Assembly (NCBI GenBank): GCA_963749075.1 | Contig: CAVVLJ010000016.1 | Span: forward strand, 832,001 to 896,000 | DNA length: 64,000 nt | From: an uncultured Pseudomonadota bacterium | GTDB lineage: Bacteria; Pseudomonadota; Alphaproteobacteria; JACZXZ01 | Direction: 5' to 3' | Shown: one piece after another, positions 9,957-19,851 of the stretch | Position numbering within the stretch: the first letter of the stretch is position 1 | How the letters are laid out: the number at the start of each line of letters is the position of its first letter | The notes under the pieces: generated by a model | The model's database searches: none | What the model was told of the DNA's origin: nothing | Seen by the model: the letters and a program-made list of their open reading frames with translations, nothing else | Position numbers and translations under genes: made by a program

Positions 9957-12395
9957 ATGACGGACGCGTTTCCCACCCACGCCCGCGTCGTCGTCATCGG
10001 CGGCGGCATCGTCGGCTGCAGCGTGCTCTATCATCTGACGCGGCTCGGCTGGACGGACGTGGCGCTGGTCGAGAAGGGCGAGTTGACGCAAGGCTCGACC
10101 TGGCACGCGGCGGGCAATACGCCGCTCTTCAGCACGAGCCTCGCCGTGAGCCGCATGCATATGGAGAGCGTGGCACTCTATCAGCGCCTCGAGGCCGAGA
10201 CCGGCCAGGCCGTGGGCTTCCACAAGACGGGCAGCCTGCGGCTCGCGCTCAGGCCCGAGCGCATGGACGAGTGGCGCCACCATCGCGGCAAGGCGCGTTA
10301 TCTCGGGCTCGCCTACGAGCTCCTCGGCCCGGGAGAGATCAAGGCGCTGCATCCGCTCATCGAGACGGCGGGCGTGCTCGGCGCCGTGTGGAACCCGGAC
10401 GACGGGCACATCGATCCCTCGAGCGTCACCCAGGCGCTCGCCAAGGGTGCCCGCGACCGCGGCGCCAAGGTGCTGCGCCGCACCGAGGTCGTGGGCCTGG
10501 CACGGACGCCGGCCGGCGAATGGCAGGTCGAGACCACCCGTGGCCGCATCGCAGCCGAGACCCTGGTGAACGCGGCAGGCCTCTGGGCGCGCGAGGCAGG
10601 CGCGCTCTCCGGCCTCGACCTCCCGATCGTGCCCATGGAGCACCAGTATCTCGTGACCGAGGCGATCCCCGAGATCGCATCGCTCGCGCGCGAGCTGCCG
10701 ATCCTCCGCGACGTCGACGTGTCCTACTATCTGCGCCAGGAGCGCGGCGGGCTCCTCCTCGGCCCCTATGAGCGGCCGGCCAGGGCCTGGGGCGTGGGCA
10801 GCATCCCTTTGGGCTTCGGCATGGAGCTGCTGCCGCCCGAGCTCGACCGCCTCCAGACCATCGTCGAGCAGGCCATGGCCCGCGTGCCGGCGCTTGGCCG
10901 TGCCGGCATCAAGCGCGTGGTGAACGGCGCCATCACCTATACGCCCGACGGCAACCCGATGCTCGGTCCGGTGCGCGGCTTGCCGAACTACTTCCTCGCG
11001 GTCGGCTTCAGCTTCGGCATCACGCAAGCGGGCGGTGCCGGGAAGCATCTTGCCGAATGGATCGTCGAGGGCGAGCCGGGCATCGAGCTCTGGGAGCTCG
11101 ACCCGCGGCGCTACGGGGCTTACGCCACGCTGCCTTACGCGGTCGCGCGTTGCGTGGATTCTTACGAAGACGAGTACGCCATCCTCTATCCCCAGCTCGA
11201 GCGCGCGGCGGGCCGCCCGTCAAAGCCGGGCCCGCTCTATGCTCAGCTTGCGGAGGAGGGTGCGGTGTTCGGCGCGCGCAACGGCTGGGAGCGCGCCAAC
11301 TGGTTCGCGGAGCCGGGAGAGGAGCGCTTCGACCGGCCGAGCTTCCGGCGCGCCAATTGGTTCGCCGCGGTCGGCCGCGAGTGCCGCAACGTGCGCGAGC
11401 GTTGCGGCATTCTCGACATGTCGAGCTTCGCCAAGTTCGAGGTTTCGGGACCGGGCGCCGCGGCATTCCTCGACCGTCTCGTGGCCAACCGCCTGCAGCG
11501 GAAGGCGGGCGGCACCGCGCTCGCCCACTTCCTCAGCGATACCGGCGGCGTCTATGCGGAGATGGTCGCAGCACGCCTCGAGGGCGGCCGCTTCTACCTC
11601 GTCTCGGCTTCGGCGGCCGAGCTCCACGACCTCGACTGGCTCGAGCGCCATGCGCCGAGCGGCGGCGGCGTTACAATCGAGAACGTGACGGAGCGTTATG
11701 GCGCACTCCTCGCGACCGGGCCGCGTGCGCGCGATCTCCTCGCCAGGCTCAGCAACGCGCCGCTCGACGACGAGCGCTTTCCCTCGCGCGGGTGCCGCGA
11801 GATCGCCGTTGCCGGCGTGCCGGTGCGGGCGCTGAGGATCAGCTATGCGGGCGAGCTCGGCTGGGAGCTCCATCATCCGATCGAGAAGGCGTCGGCGCTC
11901 TACCAGGCGCTGATGAGCGCGGGCGAGGAGCTGGGTGCCGCACCCTTCGGCTTCCGCGCCCTCAATTCCCTCCGCCTCGAGAAGGCCTATCGCGGCTGGG
12001 GCAGCGAGCTCTCGCTGGAGGTGAGCCCGCTCGCGGCCGGACTCGCGCGCTTCGTGCGCCTCGACAAGGGCGACTTCATCGGCCGCCAAGCGCTCCTCGG
12101 CCAGGCGGGGCGGGAACCGCGCGAGCGTCTTGCCTATCTCGCGGTCGATACGGCCGATGCCGACGCCTTCGGCGGCCAGGCGGTCTTCGCCGACGGCCGC
12201 GTCACCGGCATCGTCACCTCGGGCGGCTACGGCCATGTCGTCGGACGCAGCATCGCCTTCGCCTATGTGGAGCCGGCGAGTGCGGCGCCGGGCACGGCGC
12301 TCGAGGTCGAGATCCTGGGCGAGCGGCGGCCCGCGCGGGTCCTCGCCGAGGCGCTCTACGACCCGGCGAACAGGCGGCTCGCGGGCGGCCGCTGA
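9957..12395 (+). CDS. Second GcvT-family FAD-dependent oxidoreductase
   Basis: GGGIVG, GSTWHAAG, YTPDGNPMLG, GELGWELH; paralog of 6674-9115. Confidence 0.9.
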   Translation: MTDAFPTHARVVVIGGGIVGCSVLYHLTRLGWTDVALVEKGELTQGSTWHAAGNTPLFSTSLAVSRMHMESVALYQRLEAETGQAVGFHKTGSLRLALRPERMDEWRHHRGKARYLGLAYELLGPGEIKALHPLIETAGVLGAVWNPDDGHIDPSSVTQALAKGARDRGAKVLRRTEVVGLARTPAGEWQVETTRGRIAAETLVNAAGLWAREAGALSGLDLPIVPMEHQYLVTEAIPEIASLARELPILRDVDVSYYLRQERGGLLLGPYERPARAWGVGSIPLGFGMELLPPELDRLQTIVEQAMARVPALGRAGIKRVVNGAITYTPDGNPMLGPVRGLPNYFLAVGFSFGITQAGGAGKHLAEWIVEGEPGIELWELDPRRYGAYATLPYAVARCVDSYEDEYAILYPQLERAAGRPSKPGPLYAQLAEEGAVFGARNGWERANWFAEPGEERFDRPSFRRANWFAAVGRECRNVRERCGILDMSSFAKFEVSGPGAAAFLDRLVANRLQRKAGGTALAHFLSDTGGVYAEMVAARLEGGRFYLVSASAAELHDLDWLERHAPSGGGVTIENVTERYGALLATGPRARDLLARLSNAPLDDERFPSRGCREIAVAGVPVRALRISYAGELGWELHHPIEKASALYQALMSAGEELGAAPFGFRALNSLRLEKAYRGWGSELSLEVSPLAAGLARFVRLDKGDFIGRQALLGQAGREPRERLAYLAVDTADADAFGGQAVFADGRVTGIVTSGGYGHVVGRSIAFAYVEPASAAPGTALEVEILGERRPARVLAEALYDPANRRLAGGR

Positions 12396-12405
12396 GCGCG
12401 CGGCC

Positions 12406-12825
12406 TCAGAACGCCGGCCGGCTCGTGCCTTCTTGGAGCGCCTGGGGAACCCCGTCGTCGATGGTGTAATAGTCGCCCTTGTCCGCGACGAAGATGTGCT
12501 GCGCGATCGTGAGGCCGGTCGGCGGGTCGAGGGAGCCCACGGCGATCGAGATATAGTCGCGTCCCTCGCCGTCCCAGAAGAGGACCGAGCCGCACTCGCC
12601 GCAGAAGCCCCGCCGCGCCTCCGCCGAGGACGCATACCATTTGAGGCCGCCCGCGCGGGCGAGCGTGAAGTGCGCGCGCTTGGCCGCGGTCGAGGCCATG
12701 AAATGCCCGGTCTGCCGCCGGCATTGTGCGCAGTGGCAGGCGACGATCGGGCGGAGCGGCCCGCTGACCTCGTAGCGCACGCCGCCGCAAAGGCAGCGTC
12801 CGGTGTGATGCTCGGTCTTGCTCAT
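12406..12825 (-). CDS. GFA family (glutathione-dependent formaldehyde-activating/CENP-V) protein
   Basis: CLCG, CHCAQCRR, FCGECGS zinc motifs. Confidence 0.9.
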   Translation of the reverse strand: MSKTEHHTGRCLCGGVRYEVSGPLRPIVACHCAQCRRQTGHFMASTAAKRAHFTLARAGGLKWYASSAEARRGFCGECGSVLFWDGEGRDYISIAVGSLDPPTGLTIAQHIFVADKGDYYTIDDGVPQALQEGTSRPAF

Positions 12826-12911
12826 GGAGCGGCTCCTCGTCCCGCGGCTGATGGCTCGGCGGGATTATGCCATAATGGCGCCCGGCCGCGGCAAGATCGG
12901 GAGGAGGGAGG

Positions 12912-14159
12912 ATGGGCGGATCAGAGAGGGCGGAGGAGCCGGTCGCACCGCTCGCCTTCGACGTGGCGGAGCGCATCGCGCGCATCGATCAGCGGAAGCT
13001 CAATGAGGGGCGTCTTAAGCGCCTGCGCGCCGAGCTCGTCGGGCGCGACTATATGGGCTGCCTCCTCGCCGATCCCGTGAACATCCGCTACGCGACCGGC
13101 AGCCGCAACATGCAGGTGTGGACCATGCACGCGCCGGGGCGCTGGGCCTTCGTGCCGAGCGAGGGGCCGGTGGTGCTCTACGAGTTCGCGAGCTCGATGC
13201 ACGTCAACGACGGCCTCGCCAATATCGCCGAGATGCGGCCGGCAGTACCGTGGTTCTATTTCCTCGCCGGCCCGCGCGTCGAGGAGAAGGCGAGCGCATG
13301 GGCCAACGAGATCGCCGCCATGGTCGGGCAGCACGGCGGCGGCAACCGCCGTCTTGCCGTCGACCGCTGCGAGCCGCTCGGCGCCTTCAAGCTTGCCGAG
13401 CGCGGCATCGCACTCTTCGACGCGCAGGAGCCGCTCGAGCAGGCGCGGCGCCTGAAGCTGCCCGAGGAGATCGCAGCACTCGAGCTCTCGATGGCGGTGT
13501 GCGACGCGGCGATCGCGCGCATGCGCGAGACGCTCCGTCCGGGCATCAGCGAGAACCAGCTCTGGGCCGTGCTGCACGACGTGAACATCGCCCATGACGG
13601 GGAGTGGATCGAGTGCCGCCTCCTCACTTCGGGCGAGCGCACCAATCCCTGGTTCCAGGAATCCGGCAACCGGGTGATCCAAGCGGGCGATCTCGTCGCC
13701 TTCGACACCGACATGGTGGGTCCGCTCGGCTATCTCGCCGACATCTCGCGGAGCTGGGTCTGCCCCGGGCGCAAGCCGACGGCGGCACAGCGCCGGCTCT
13801 ACGGCTTGGCCGAGGAGCAGGTGATGCACAACATGGCGCTGCTCAAGCCCGGCCTCGGCTTCCGCGAGTTCGCCGAGCGCTCATGGCCGGTGCCGGACGA
13901 ATTCCTCGCCAACCGCTACATGATGATGGTGCACGGCACCGGCCTCGTCGACGAGTACCCGAGCGTCGCCTATGCGCGGGACTTCGCCGAATGGGGCTAC
14001 GACGGCCATTTCGAGGAGAACATGGCCGTCTCGGTCGAGAGCTACATCGGCGAGGCAGGCGGCAAGGAGGGGGTCAAGCTCGAGCAGCAGGTGCTGATCA
14101 CCGCCGCCGGCGCCATCGCGCTCTCCAAGACGCCCTTCGCGGACGCGCTTCAGCCGTGA
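12912..14159 (+). CDS. M24 Xaa-Pro peptidase-fold enzyme, DddP (DMSP lyase)-like
   Basis: DPVNIRYATGSRNMQVW, LLTSGERTNPWFQE, FDTDMVG, HGTGLVDEYP, GVKLEQQV resemble the DddP clade. Confidence 0.75.
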   Translation: MGGSERAEEPVAPLAFDVAERIARIDQRKLNEGRLKRLRAELVGRDYMGCLLADPVNIRYATGSRNMQVWTMHAPGRWAFVPSEGPVVLYEFASSMHVNDGLANIAEMRPAVPWFYFLAGPRVEEKASAWANEIAAMVGQHGGGNRRLAVDRCEPLGAFKLAERGIALFDAQEPLEQARRLKLPEEIAALELSMAVCDAAIARMRETLRPGISENQLWAVLHDVNIAHDGEWIECRLLTSGERTNPWFQESGNRVIQAGDLVAFDTDMVGPLGYLADISRSWVCPGRKPTAAQRRLYGLAEEQVMHNMALLKPGLGFREFAERSWPVPDEFLANRYMMMVHGTGLVDEYPSVAYARDFAEWGYDGHFEENMAVSVESYIGEAGGKEGVKLEQQVLITAAGAIALSKTPFADALQP

Positions 14160-14178
14160 GGGAAAGCGAGTACTCGAA

Positions 14179-14403
14179 ATGACCGACCCCCGCGCCGAGC
14201 TTGCCTCATCAGGGAGCGAGACCGTCTGCCCGCGCTGCGGCGAGCGCTTTGCCTGCTGCCCGGAGGGCTCCTGCTGGTGCTCGACGGAGGCTTTCCGACT
14301 GCCGCGCGAAGCGCTCGCGCCCGGGCTCGGCTGCTATTGCCCGAGCTGCCTCGCCGCGGTCGCGGCGGCGGCGGCTCCGCGCGGCGACCGCGAAGGCGCA
14401 TGA
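14179..14403 (+). CDS. Cysteine-rich CWC family small protein
   Basis: CPRCG..FACC..SCWC..CYCPSC; ATGA overlap with next gene. Confidence 0.75.
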   Translation: MTDPRAELASSGSETVCPRCGERFACCPEGSCWCSTEAFRLPREALAPGLGCYCPSCLAAVAAAAAPRGDREGA

Positions 14404-16448
14404 CGATGGTCGCCAAGGACCCGCTCCTCGAGCCGTTCGATCTCAAGCACCTCACGCTGAGGAACCGCTTCATGTCGACGGCGCACGAGCCGTTCTACAC
14501 CGAGGACGGCTTGCCCAAGGCGCGCTACCGCCTCTATCACCGCGAGAAGGCGAGGGGCGGGATTGCGCTCACCATGATCGGCGGCTCCTCGGTCGTCTCG
14601 CCCGACAGCCCGCAGGCCTTCGGCAACATCCTTCTCTACAAGGACGAGGTGGTGCCGTGGCTCGCCGAGCTCGCGGACGACGTGCACGCCCAAGGTGCCG
14701 CGGTGATGATCCAGATCACCCATCTCGGCCGCCGCACGTCGTGGAGCAAGGAGGACTGGCTGCCGGTCATCGCACCCTCGCCGGTGCGCGAGCCGGCGCA
14801 TCGCGCCTTTCCCAAGGAAGCCGAGGACTGGGACATCGCGCGCGTCATCCGCCACTATGCGGAGGCGGCGGAGCGCTGCAAGGCGGCCGGCCTCGACGGC
14901 ATCGAGATCGAGTGCTACGGGCATCTCGCGGATCAGTTCTGGTCGCCCGCCACCAACAGGCGAAGCGACGCCTACGGCGGCAGCCTCGAGAACCGCATGC
15001 GCTTCTCGCTCGACATGCTGGCGGCCATCCGCGCCCGCGTGGGACGCGACTACATCGTCGGCGTGCGCATGGTGTGCGACGAGGATTGGCAACGCGGGCT
15101 TTCGCGAGACGAGGGCATCGAGATCGCGCGCCGCCTCGCCGCCAGCGGCCGGATCGATTTCATCAACGTCATCCGCGGCCATATCGACAGCGACGAGGCG
15201 CTCTCCCACGTCATCCCCGGCATGGGCACGCGCCTGGCACCGCATCTCGACTTCGCCGGCGAGGTGAAGCGCGCCACGCGCTTTCCCGTCTTCCACGCGG
15301 CGCGCATCCAGGATGTCGCCACCGCGCGCCACGCGGTCGCCTCGGGCAAGCTCGACATGGTCGGCATGACGCGCGCCCACATCGCCGACCCGCATATCGC
15401 GCGCAAGGTCATGGAAGGGCGCGAGGCGGAGATCCGACCCTGCGTCGGCATGGGCTATTGCATCGACCGCATCTATCTCGGGGGCGAGGCGCTCTGCATC
15501 CACAACGCGGCGACGGGGCGCGAGGCGACCATGCCGCACGTGGTCGAGCGGAGTGCCGGTCGGCGGAAGACGGTCGTCGTGGTCGGCGCCGGGCCCGGCG
15601 GGCTCGAGGCGGCGCGCGTGGCAGCCGCCCGCGGCCACAGAGTCGTCCTCTTCGAGGCAGCGGCGAGGCCCGGCGGCCAGCTCGTCCTCGCGGCGGCGCT
15701 CAAGCGGCGGCAGGAGATACTCGGCATCGTCGACTGGCGCATGGCCGAATGCGCGCGCGACGGCGTCGAGATGCGCTTCGACACATACGCCGAGGCGGCG
15801 GACGTGCTCGGCGAGAGCCCCGACGTCGTCGTCGTTGCGACGGGGGGCGTGCCCAACACCTCGTTCCTCGACGAGGGCGAGGAGCTCGCGACCACGAGCT
15901 GGGACATCCTCTCGGGTGCTGCCAGGCCCGGCGAGAGCGTGCTGCTCTTCGACGACAACGGCGCCCACCCGGGCATGACGGCCGCCGAGTTCATCGCCGA
16001 GGCGGGAGCACGGCTCGAGATCGCGACACCCGAGCGCGTCCTGGCGCCCGAGGTGGGCGGCACCAACTACCCGGCCTATTTCAAGGCCTTCGCCGCGCAC
16101 GAGGTGACCATCACGCTCAATCACCGGCTCGAGCGCATCCGCCGCGACGGCAACCGCCTGGTCGCGGTCTTCCACAACGAGTACGACAAGTCTGTGCGCG
16201 AGCGCCGGGTCGATCAGGTCGTGGTCGAGCACGGCACGCTGCCGCTCGACGAGCTCTATTTCGCGCTCAAGGCCGGCTCGCGCAACCTGGGCGAGGTCGA
16301 CCACGCGGCACTCATCGCCAACCGGCCGCAGGAGCTGGTGCGCAACCCGGCCGGCACTTACGCGCTCTACCGCATCGGCGACGCGGTCGCCTCGCGCAAC
16401 ATCCACGCCGCCGTCTACGAGGCGCTGCGCCTGGCCAAGGATTTTTGA
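14400..16448 (+). CDS. NADH:flavin oxidoreductase, N-methylproline demethylase (StcD/HpbA)-like
   Basis: DPLLEPFDLKHLTLRNR, IQITHLGRR, REPAHRAFPK, CVGMGYCIDRIY..CIHN Fe-S motif, GAGPGG. Confidence 0.82.
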   Translation: MTMVAKDPLLEPFDLKHLTLRNRFMSTAHEPFYTEDGLPKARYRLYHREKARGGIALTMIGGSSVVSPDSPQAFGNILLYKDEVVPWLAELADDVHAQGAAVMIQITHLGRRTSWSKEDWLPVIAPSPVREPAHRAFPKEAEDWDIARVIRHYAEAAERCKAAGLDGIEIECYGHLADQFWSPATNRRSDAYGGSLENRMRFSLDMLAAIRARVGRDYIVGVRMVCDEDWQRGLSRDEGIEIARRLAASGRIDFINVIRGHIDSDEALSHVIPGMGTRLAPHLDFAGEVKRATRFPVFHAARIQDVATARHAVASGKLDMVGMTRAHIADPHIARKVMEGREAEIRPCVGMGYCIDRIYLGGEALCIHNAATGREATMPHVVERSAGRRKTVVVVGAGPGGLEAARVAAARGHRVVLFEAAARPGGQLVLAAALKRRQEILGIVDWRMAECARDGVEMRFDTYAEAADVLGESPDVVVVATGGVPNTSFLDEGEELATTSWDILSGAARPGESVLLFDDNGAHPGMTAAEFIAEAGARLEIATPERVLAPEVGGTNYPAYFKAFAAHEVTITLNHRLERIRRDGNRLVAVFHNEYDKSVRERRVDQVVVEHGTLPLDELYFALKAGSRNLGEVDHAALIANRPQELVRNPAGTYALYRIGDAVASRNIHAAVYEALRLAKDF

Positions 16449-16555
16449 GCGGCGGCGGGGAGCCGGCCCCGTGCATGGCAGCCATGCCGGCAAGTCTCGC
16501 CACGGCGGACGGCCTCCGGCTAGAATGGCGGCAAGGCGAGGGGAGAGATCGAGGC

Positions 16556-17803
16556 ATGTCCGTTTCGGCCGCAGCCGCGGGAAAGATCGGGGATCGCGAC
16601 GTCCGCGTCATCACGGTGATCGGCATCGCGCATTCCTGCAGCCACCTCATGCAGCTGGCGCTGCCGCCGCTCTTCCCCGTCCTCTACGGCGTCTTCGGGG
16701 TGAGCTTCACCGAGCTCGGCCTCATCGTGACGGTCTTCTACACCGCCTCCGGTCTCGGCCAGGCGACGGCCGGGGTGCTCGTCGACCGCTACGGCGCGCA
16801 CCGGCTGCTGATCGGCGGGCTTCTCCTCATGGGCGTCGCCACCGCACTCGCGGGCGCGGTCACCTCGTTCTGGATGCTGCTGCCGCTAGCACTCTTCGCC
16901 GGCCTGGGGAACAGCGTCTTCCATCCGGCCGACCTCTCCATCCTGAGCCACCGCGTGAGCGAGCGGCGCCTCGGCCGCGCCTTTGCCGTTCACGGCTTCC
17001 TCGGCAGCGCCGGCTTCGCCGCGGCGCCCGTGGCGATCGCGGCGCTCGCGGCCTTAGGCGGCTGGCGCATGTCCGTCATCGTCTTCGGCATCGTCGGGCT
17101 TGCCGGCGCCGCCATCGTCTTCGCCAACCGCGCCGCTCTCGTCTACGCTAGGCGCGCGGAGGCTGCGACCGTTGCGGGCGCCGCTCGGCGGCGGCTGGGC
17201 TACCTCAGCGTCGTCGGTTCGCCGGTGGTGGTCATGGCCTTCGGCTATTTCGTGCTCACCGCCTTTGCCGGCACCGGCGTGCAGACCTTCGGCGTGACCG
17301 CCTTGAGCTCCGGCTACGGCCTGGCGCTCGCTTCCGCCACCCTCGGCCTCACGGCTTATCTCGTCGGCGTCTCCCTCGGCATCGTGTTCGGCGGCGTGCT
17401 GGCCGACCGCACCGAGAACCACCACCGCGTCGCGATGAGCGGCGTCCTTGCCGCGGCGGCCATCATGCTCGCGATGACCGGCGTGGCGGCCCTTCCCGAC
17501 CTCATCGTGCCGCTGATGGCATCGGCCGGCATCGCCAGCGGCATCACCGGTCCCTCGCGCGACGTGCTCATCCGCCGCGCCGCCGCCGGGGCCGGCATGG
17601 GCAGCGTCTTCGGCTTCGTCTATTCGGGTTTCGATCTCGGCTCCTCGACGGCGCCGTTGCTCTTCGGCACGCTGATCGACCATCGCGTCCCGCACGCGGT
17701 GTTTCTCGCCGTCGCCGTAGCCTTCGCCCTGGCGGCGCCGACCGTCATGCAGGTGCGCCGGCGCACGCTACGGCGGCGTGCGCTGCCGGCGAGCGGCGAC
17801 TGA
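16556..17803 (+). CDS. MFS transporter (Fsr-like)
   Basis: Many hydrophobic helices, GVLVDRYG, GNSVFHP; true start inside the 1200-aa ORF. Confidence 0.85.
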   Translation: MSVSAAAAGKIGDRDVRVITVIGIAHSCSHLMQLALPPLFPVLYGVFGVSFTELGLIVTVFYTASGLGQATAGVLVDRYGAHRLLIGGLLLMGVATALAGAVTSFWMLLPLALFAGLGNSVFHPADLSILSHRVSERRLGRAFAVHGFLGSAGFAAAPVAIAALAALGGWRMSVIVFGIVGLAGAAIVFANRAALVYARRAEAATVAGAARRRLGYLSVVGSPVVVMAFGYFVLTAFAGTGVQTFGVTALSSGYGLALASATLGLTAYLVGVSLGIVFGGVLADRTENHHRVAMSGVLAAAAIMLAMTGVAALPDLIVPLMASAGIASGITGPSRDVLIRRAAAGAGMGSVFGFVYSGFDLGSSTAPLLFGTLIDHRVPHAVFLAVAVAFALAAPTVMQVRRRTLRRRALPASGD

Positions 17804-17822
17804 CGCGCTCCCGCGCGCGGTC

Positions 17823-18167
17823 ATGAGCGAGGCGCGTCTTAAGACCGAGTTCTGGGTGCAGGCCTGTATCCGCCGCGGCAATGCCGACGGCATCGCGGTC
17901 ACCGTCGTGCACAGGGGCGACGCCACGCGCGGCAGCGTGCTCGTCAAGCTCAACCGCTTCGAGCACGGCTGCACGGTGCTGGCGGAGACCCAGGACGCGG
18001 CCGGCGCGCGCGCCTGGCTCCGCGGCACCGGCGAGGCGCCGGTCGAGGAGGCCGCCGCCGACGCCTATATCGCGCGCAACCGCAACTACGACCCCGACCT
18101 CTGGGTCATCGAGATCGAGGACCGCGCCGGCCGCCTCCCCTTCGAGGCGAAGATATTGGCGCTGTGA
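17823..18167 (+). CDS. DUF1491 family protein
   Basis: RLKTEFWVQA, RGDATRGSVLVK, DPDLWVIEIEDR. Confidence 0.88.
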   Translation: MSEARLKTEFWVQACIRRGNADGIAVTVVHRGDATRGSVLVKLNRFEHGCTVLAETQDAAGARAWLRGTGEAPVEEAAADAYIARNRNYDPDLWVIEIEDRAGRLPFEAKILAL

Positions 18168-18179
18168 GGCGCGACCGCC

Positions 18180-19607
18180 TCACCCCATCGCCACGAACTT
18201 CTTGTTGGTGTAGGCCTCGAGGCCCTCGATGCCGCCTTCGTGGCCGTGGCCGCTCTCCTTCACGCCGCCGAAGGGCGTCTCGGGCGTCGAGATCGCGAAG
18301 GTATTGACGCCGACCATGCCGGATTCGAGCGCGTCGGCGATCAGGGTCGCGGTCTTGGCGGAGTTGGTGAAGGCGTAGGCGGCGAGGCCGAAGGGCAGCG
18401 AGTTCGCCTTCTCGACCACCTCGTCGAAGCTCTTGAAGGGCGTGATCGGCGCCACCGGCCCGAAGGGCTCCTCGACCATCATGCGGGCGTCCTCGGGGAT
18501 CTCGCTGATCACGGTCGGTGCAAAGAAGAAGCCCTGGTTGCCGTGCCGGCTGCCGCCCGCCTCGATCTTGGCGCCGCGCTTCCTGGCATCGCCGACGAAG
18601 CCCTCCATGGCGTCGAGCCGCCGCGGGTTGGCGAGCGGGCCCATCTTGGTGCTGTCGGCGAGGCCGTCGCCGAGGGTCAGTCCCTTGGCCGTCTCGGCGA
18701 AACGCTTGACGAAGCGGTCGTGCACCGTCTCGTGCACGTAGAAGCGCGTCGGCGAGATGCAGACCTGGCCGGCGTTGCGGTACTTGCCGAGCGCCGCCAC
18801 CTCGGCGGTCTTCTCGGGATCGATGTCGCCGAACACCACGACCGGCGAATGGCCGCCGAGCTCCATCGTGGTCCGCTTCATGCCGTTGGCGGCGAGCTTG
18901 ACGAGGTGCTTGCCGACCGGCACCGAGCCGGTGAAGGAGACCTTGCGGATGATGTCCGAAGCGATGAGATGCTCGGAGACCTGCGACGGCACGCCGTAGA
19001 CCAGGTTGAGCACGCCCGCCGGCAGGCCGGCATCGGCAAAGGCGCGCACGATCTCGAGGCAGCTCGCCGGCGTCTCCTCCGAGGCCTTGATGATGAGCGA
19101 GCAGCCCGCGGCCAAGGCGCCGCCGATCTTGCGCGCGGGCGTAAGGGTGGGGAAGTTCCACGGCGTGAAGGCGGCGCAGGGGCCGACCGGCTCCTGGATC
19201 ATCATCTGCCGCGTGCCGGGGAGGCGTCCCGGAATGATGCGGCCGTAGGCGCGCCGGCCCTCCTCGGCGTACCACTCGATGATGTCGGCCGAGACCGCGA
19301 TCTCGATGCGCCCCTCGGCGATGACCTTGCCCTGCTCGAGGGTGAGGATGCGGGCGAGCGCCTCATGGCGCTCGCGCATGAGCTGGGCCGCGCGGCGCAT
19401 GATCTTGGCGCGCTCGTAGGCCGAGGTCGCGCGCCACAGCTTGAAGCCCTTCTCGGCCGCGGCGAGCGCGCGGTCGAGGTCCTCGGCGCTGGCATGCGGC
19501 AGGGTGCCGAGCGACTTCTCGGTGGCCGGGTTGATGACTTCTTCCGACGCGCGGCCGTTCTTCGCGAGCCACTGGCCGTCGATGTAAAGAGCGAGTTCCG
19601 GATACAC
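18180..19607 (-). CDS. NAD(P)-dependent aldehyde dehydrogenase (succinate/alpha-ketoglutarate semialdehyde DH type)
   Basis: PWNFP, FTGS, MELGG, NAGQVC, EPFGP. Confidence 0.92.
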   Translation of the reverse strand: MYPELALYIDGQWLAKNGRASEEVINPATEKSLGTLPHASAEDLDRALAAAEKGFKLWRATSAYERAKIMRRAAQLMRERHEALARILTLEQGKVIAEGRIEIAVSADIIEWYAEEGRRAYGRIIPGRLPGTRQMMIQEPVGPCAAFTPWNFPTLTPARKIGGALAAGCSLIIKASEETPASCLEIVRAFADAGLPAGVLNLVYGVPSQVSEHLIASDIIRKVSFTGSVPVGKHLVKLAANGMKRTTMELGGHSPVVVFGDIDPEKTAEVAALGKYRNAGQVCISPTRFYVHETVHDRFVKRFAETAKGLTLGDGLADSTKMGPLANPRRLDAMEGFVGDARKRGAKIEAGGSRHGNQGFFFAPTVISEIPEDARMMVEEPFGPVAPITPFKSFDEVVEKANSLPFGLAAYAFTNSAKTATLIADALESGMVGVNTFAISTPETPFGGVKESGHGHEGGIEGLEAYTNKKFVAMG

Positions 19608-19851
19608 GGGGCACCTCCTGCTGACGCGTTGAAATGGCTATACGAACGGTTGGCGGCGAGCGTTGCCCAGGCGAGGCGGCGGGGCCGCGGCGGCGCTGCC
19701 GTGTGAGCACAGGGCCAAGACATACTGCCTCGTTGCCGCCTCGTCCAGTGCGCTCCCTTGGCTGCTTCCGTGGCCGCTTGCTTGGCGGCGGCGCTGTGGC
19801 ATGATCCGGCTCCTGCGGACCCTCCAGCGATCCCCTCCCGAGGAGTGCGTC

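Noticed and set aside
14201-17803. 1200-aa ORF suggesting a giant MFS fusion
   Set aside because: The first 785 codons are an Arg/Gly-rich off-frame reading of the flavoenzyme gene; the real MFS starts at ATG 16556
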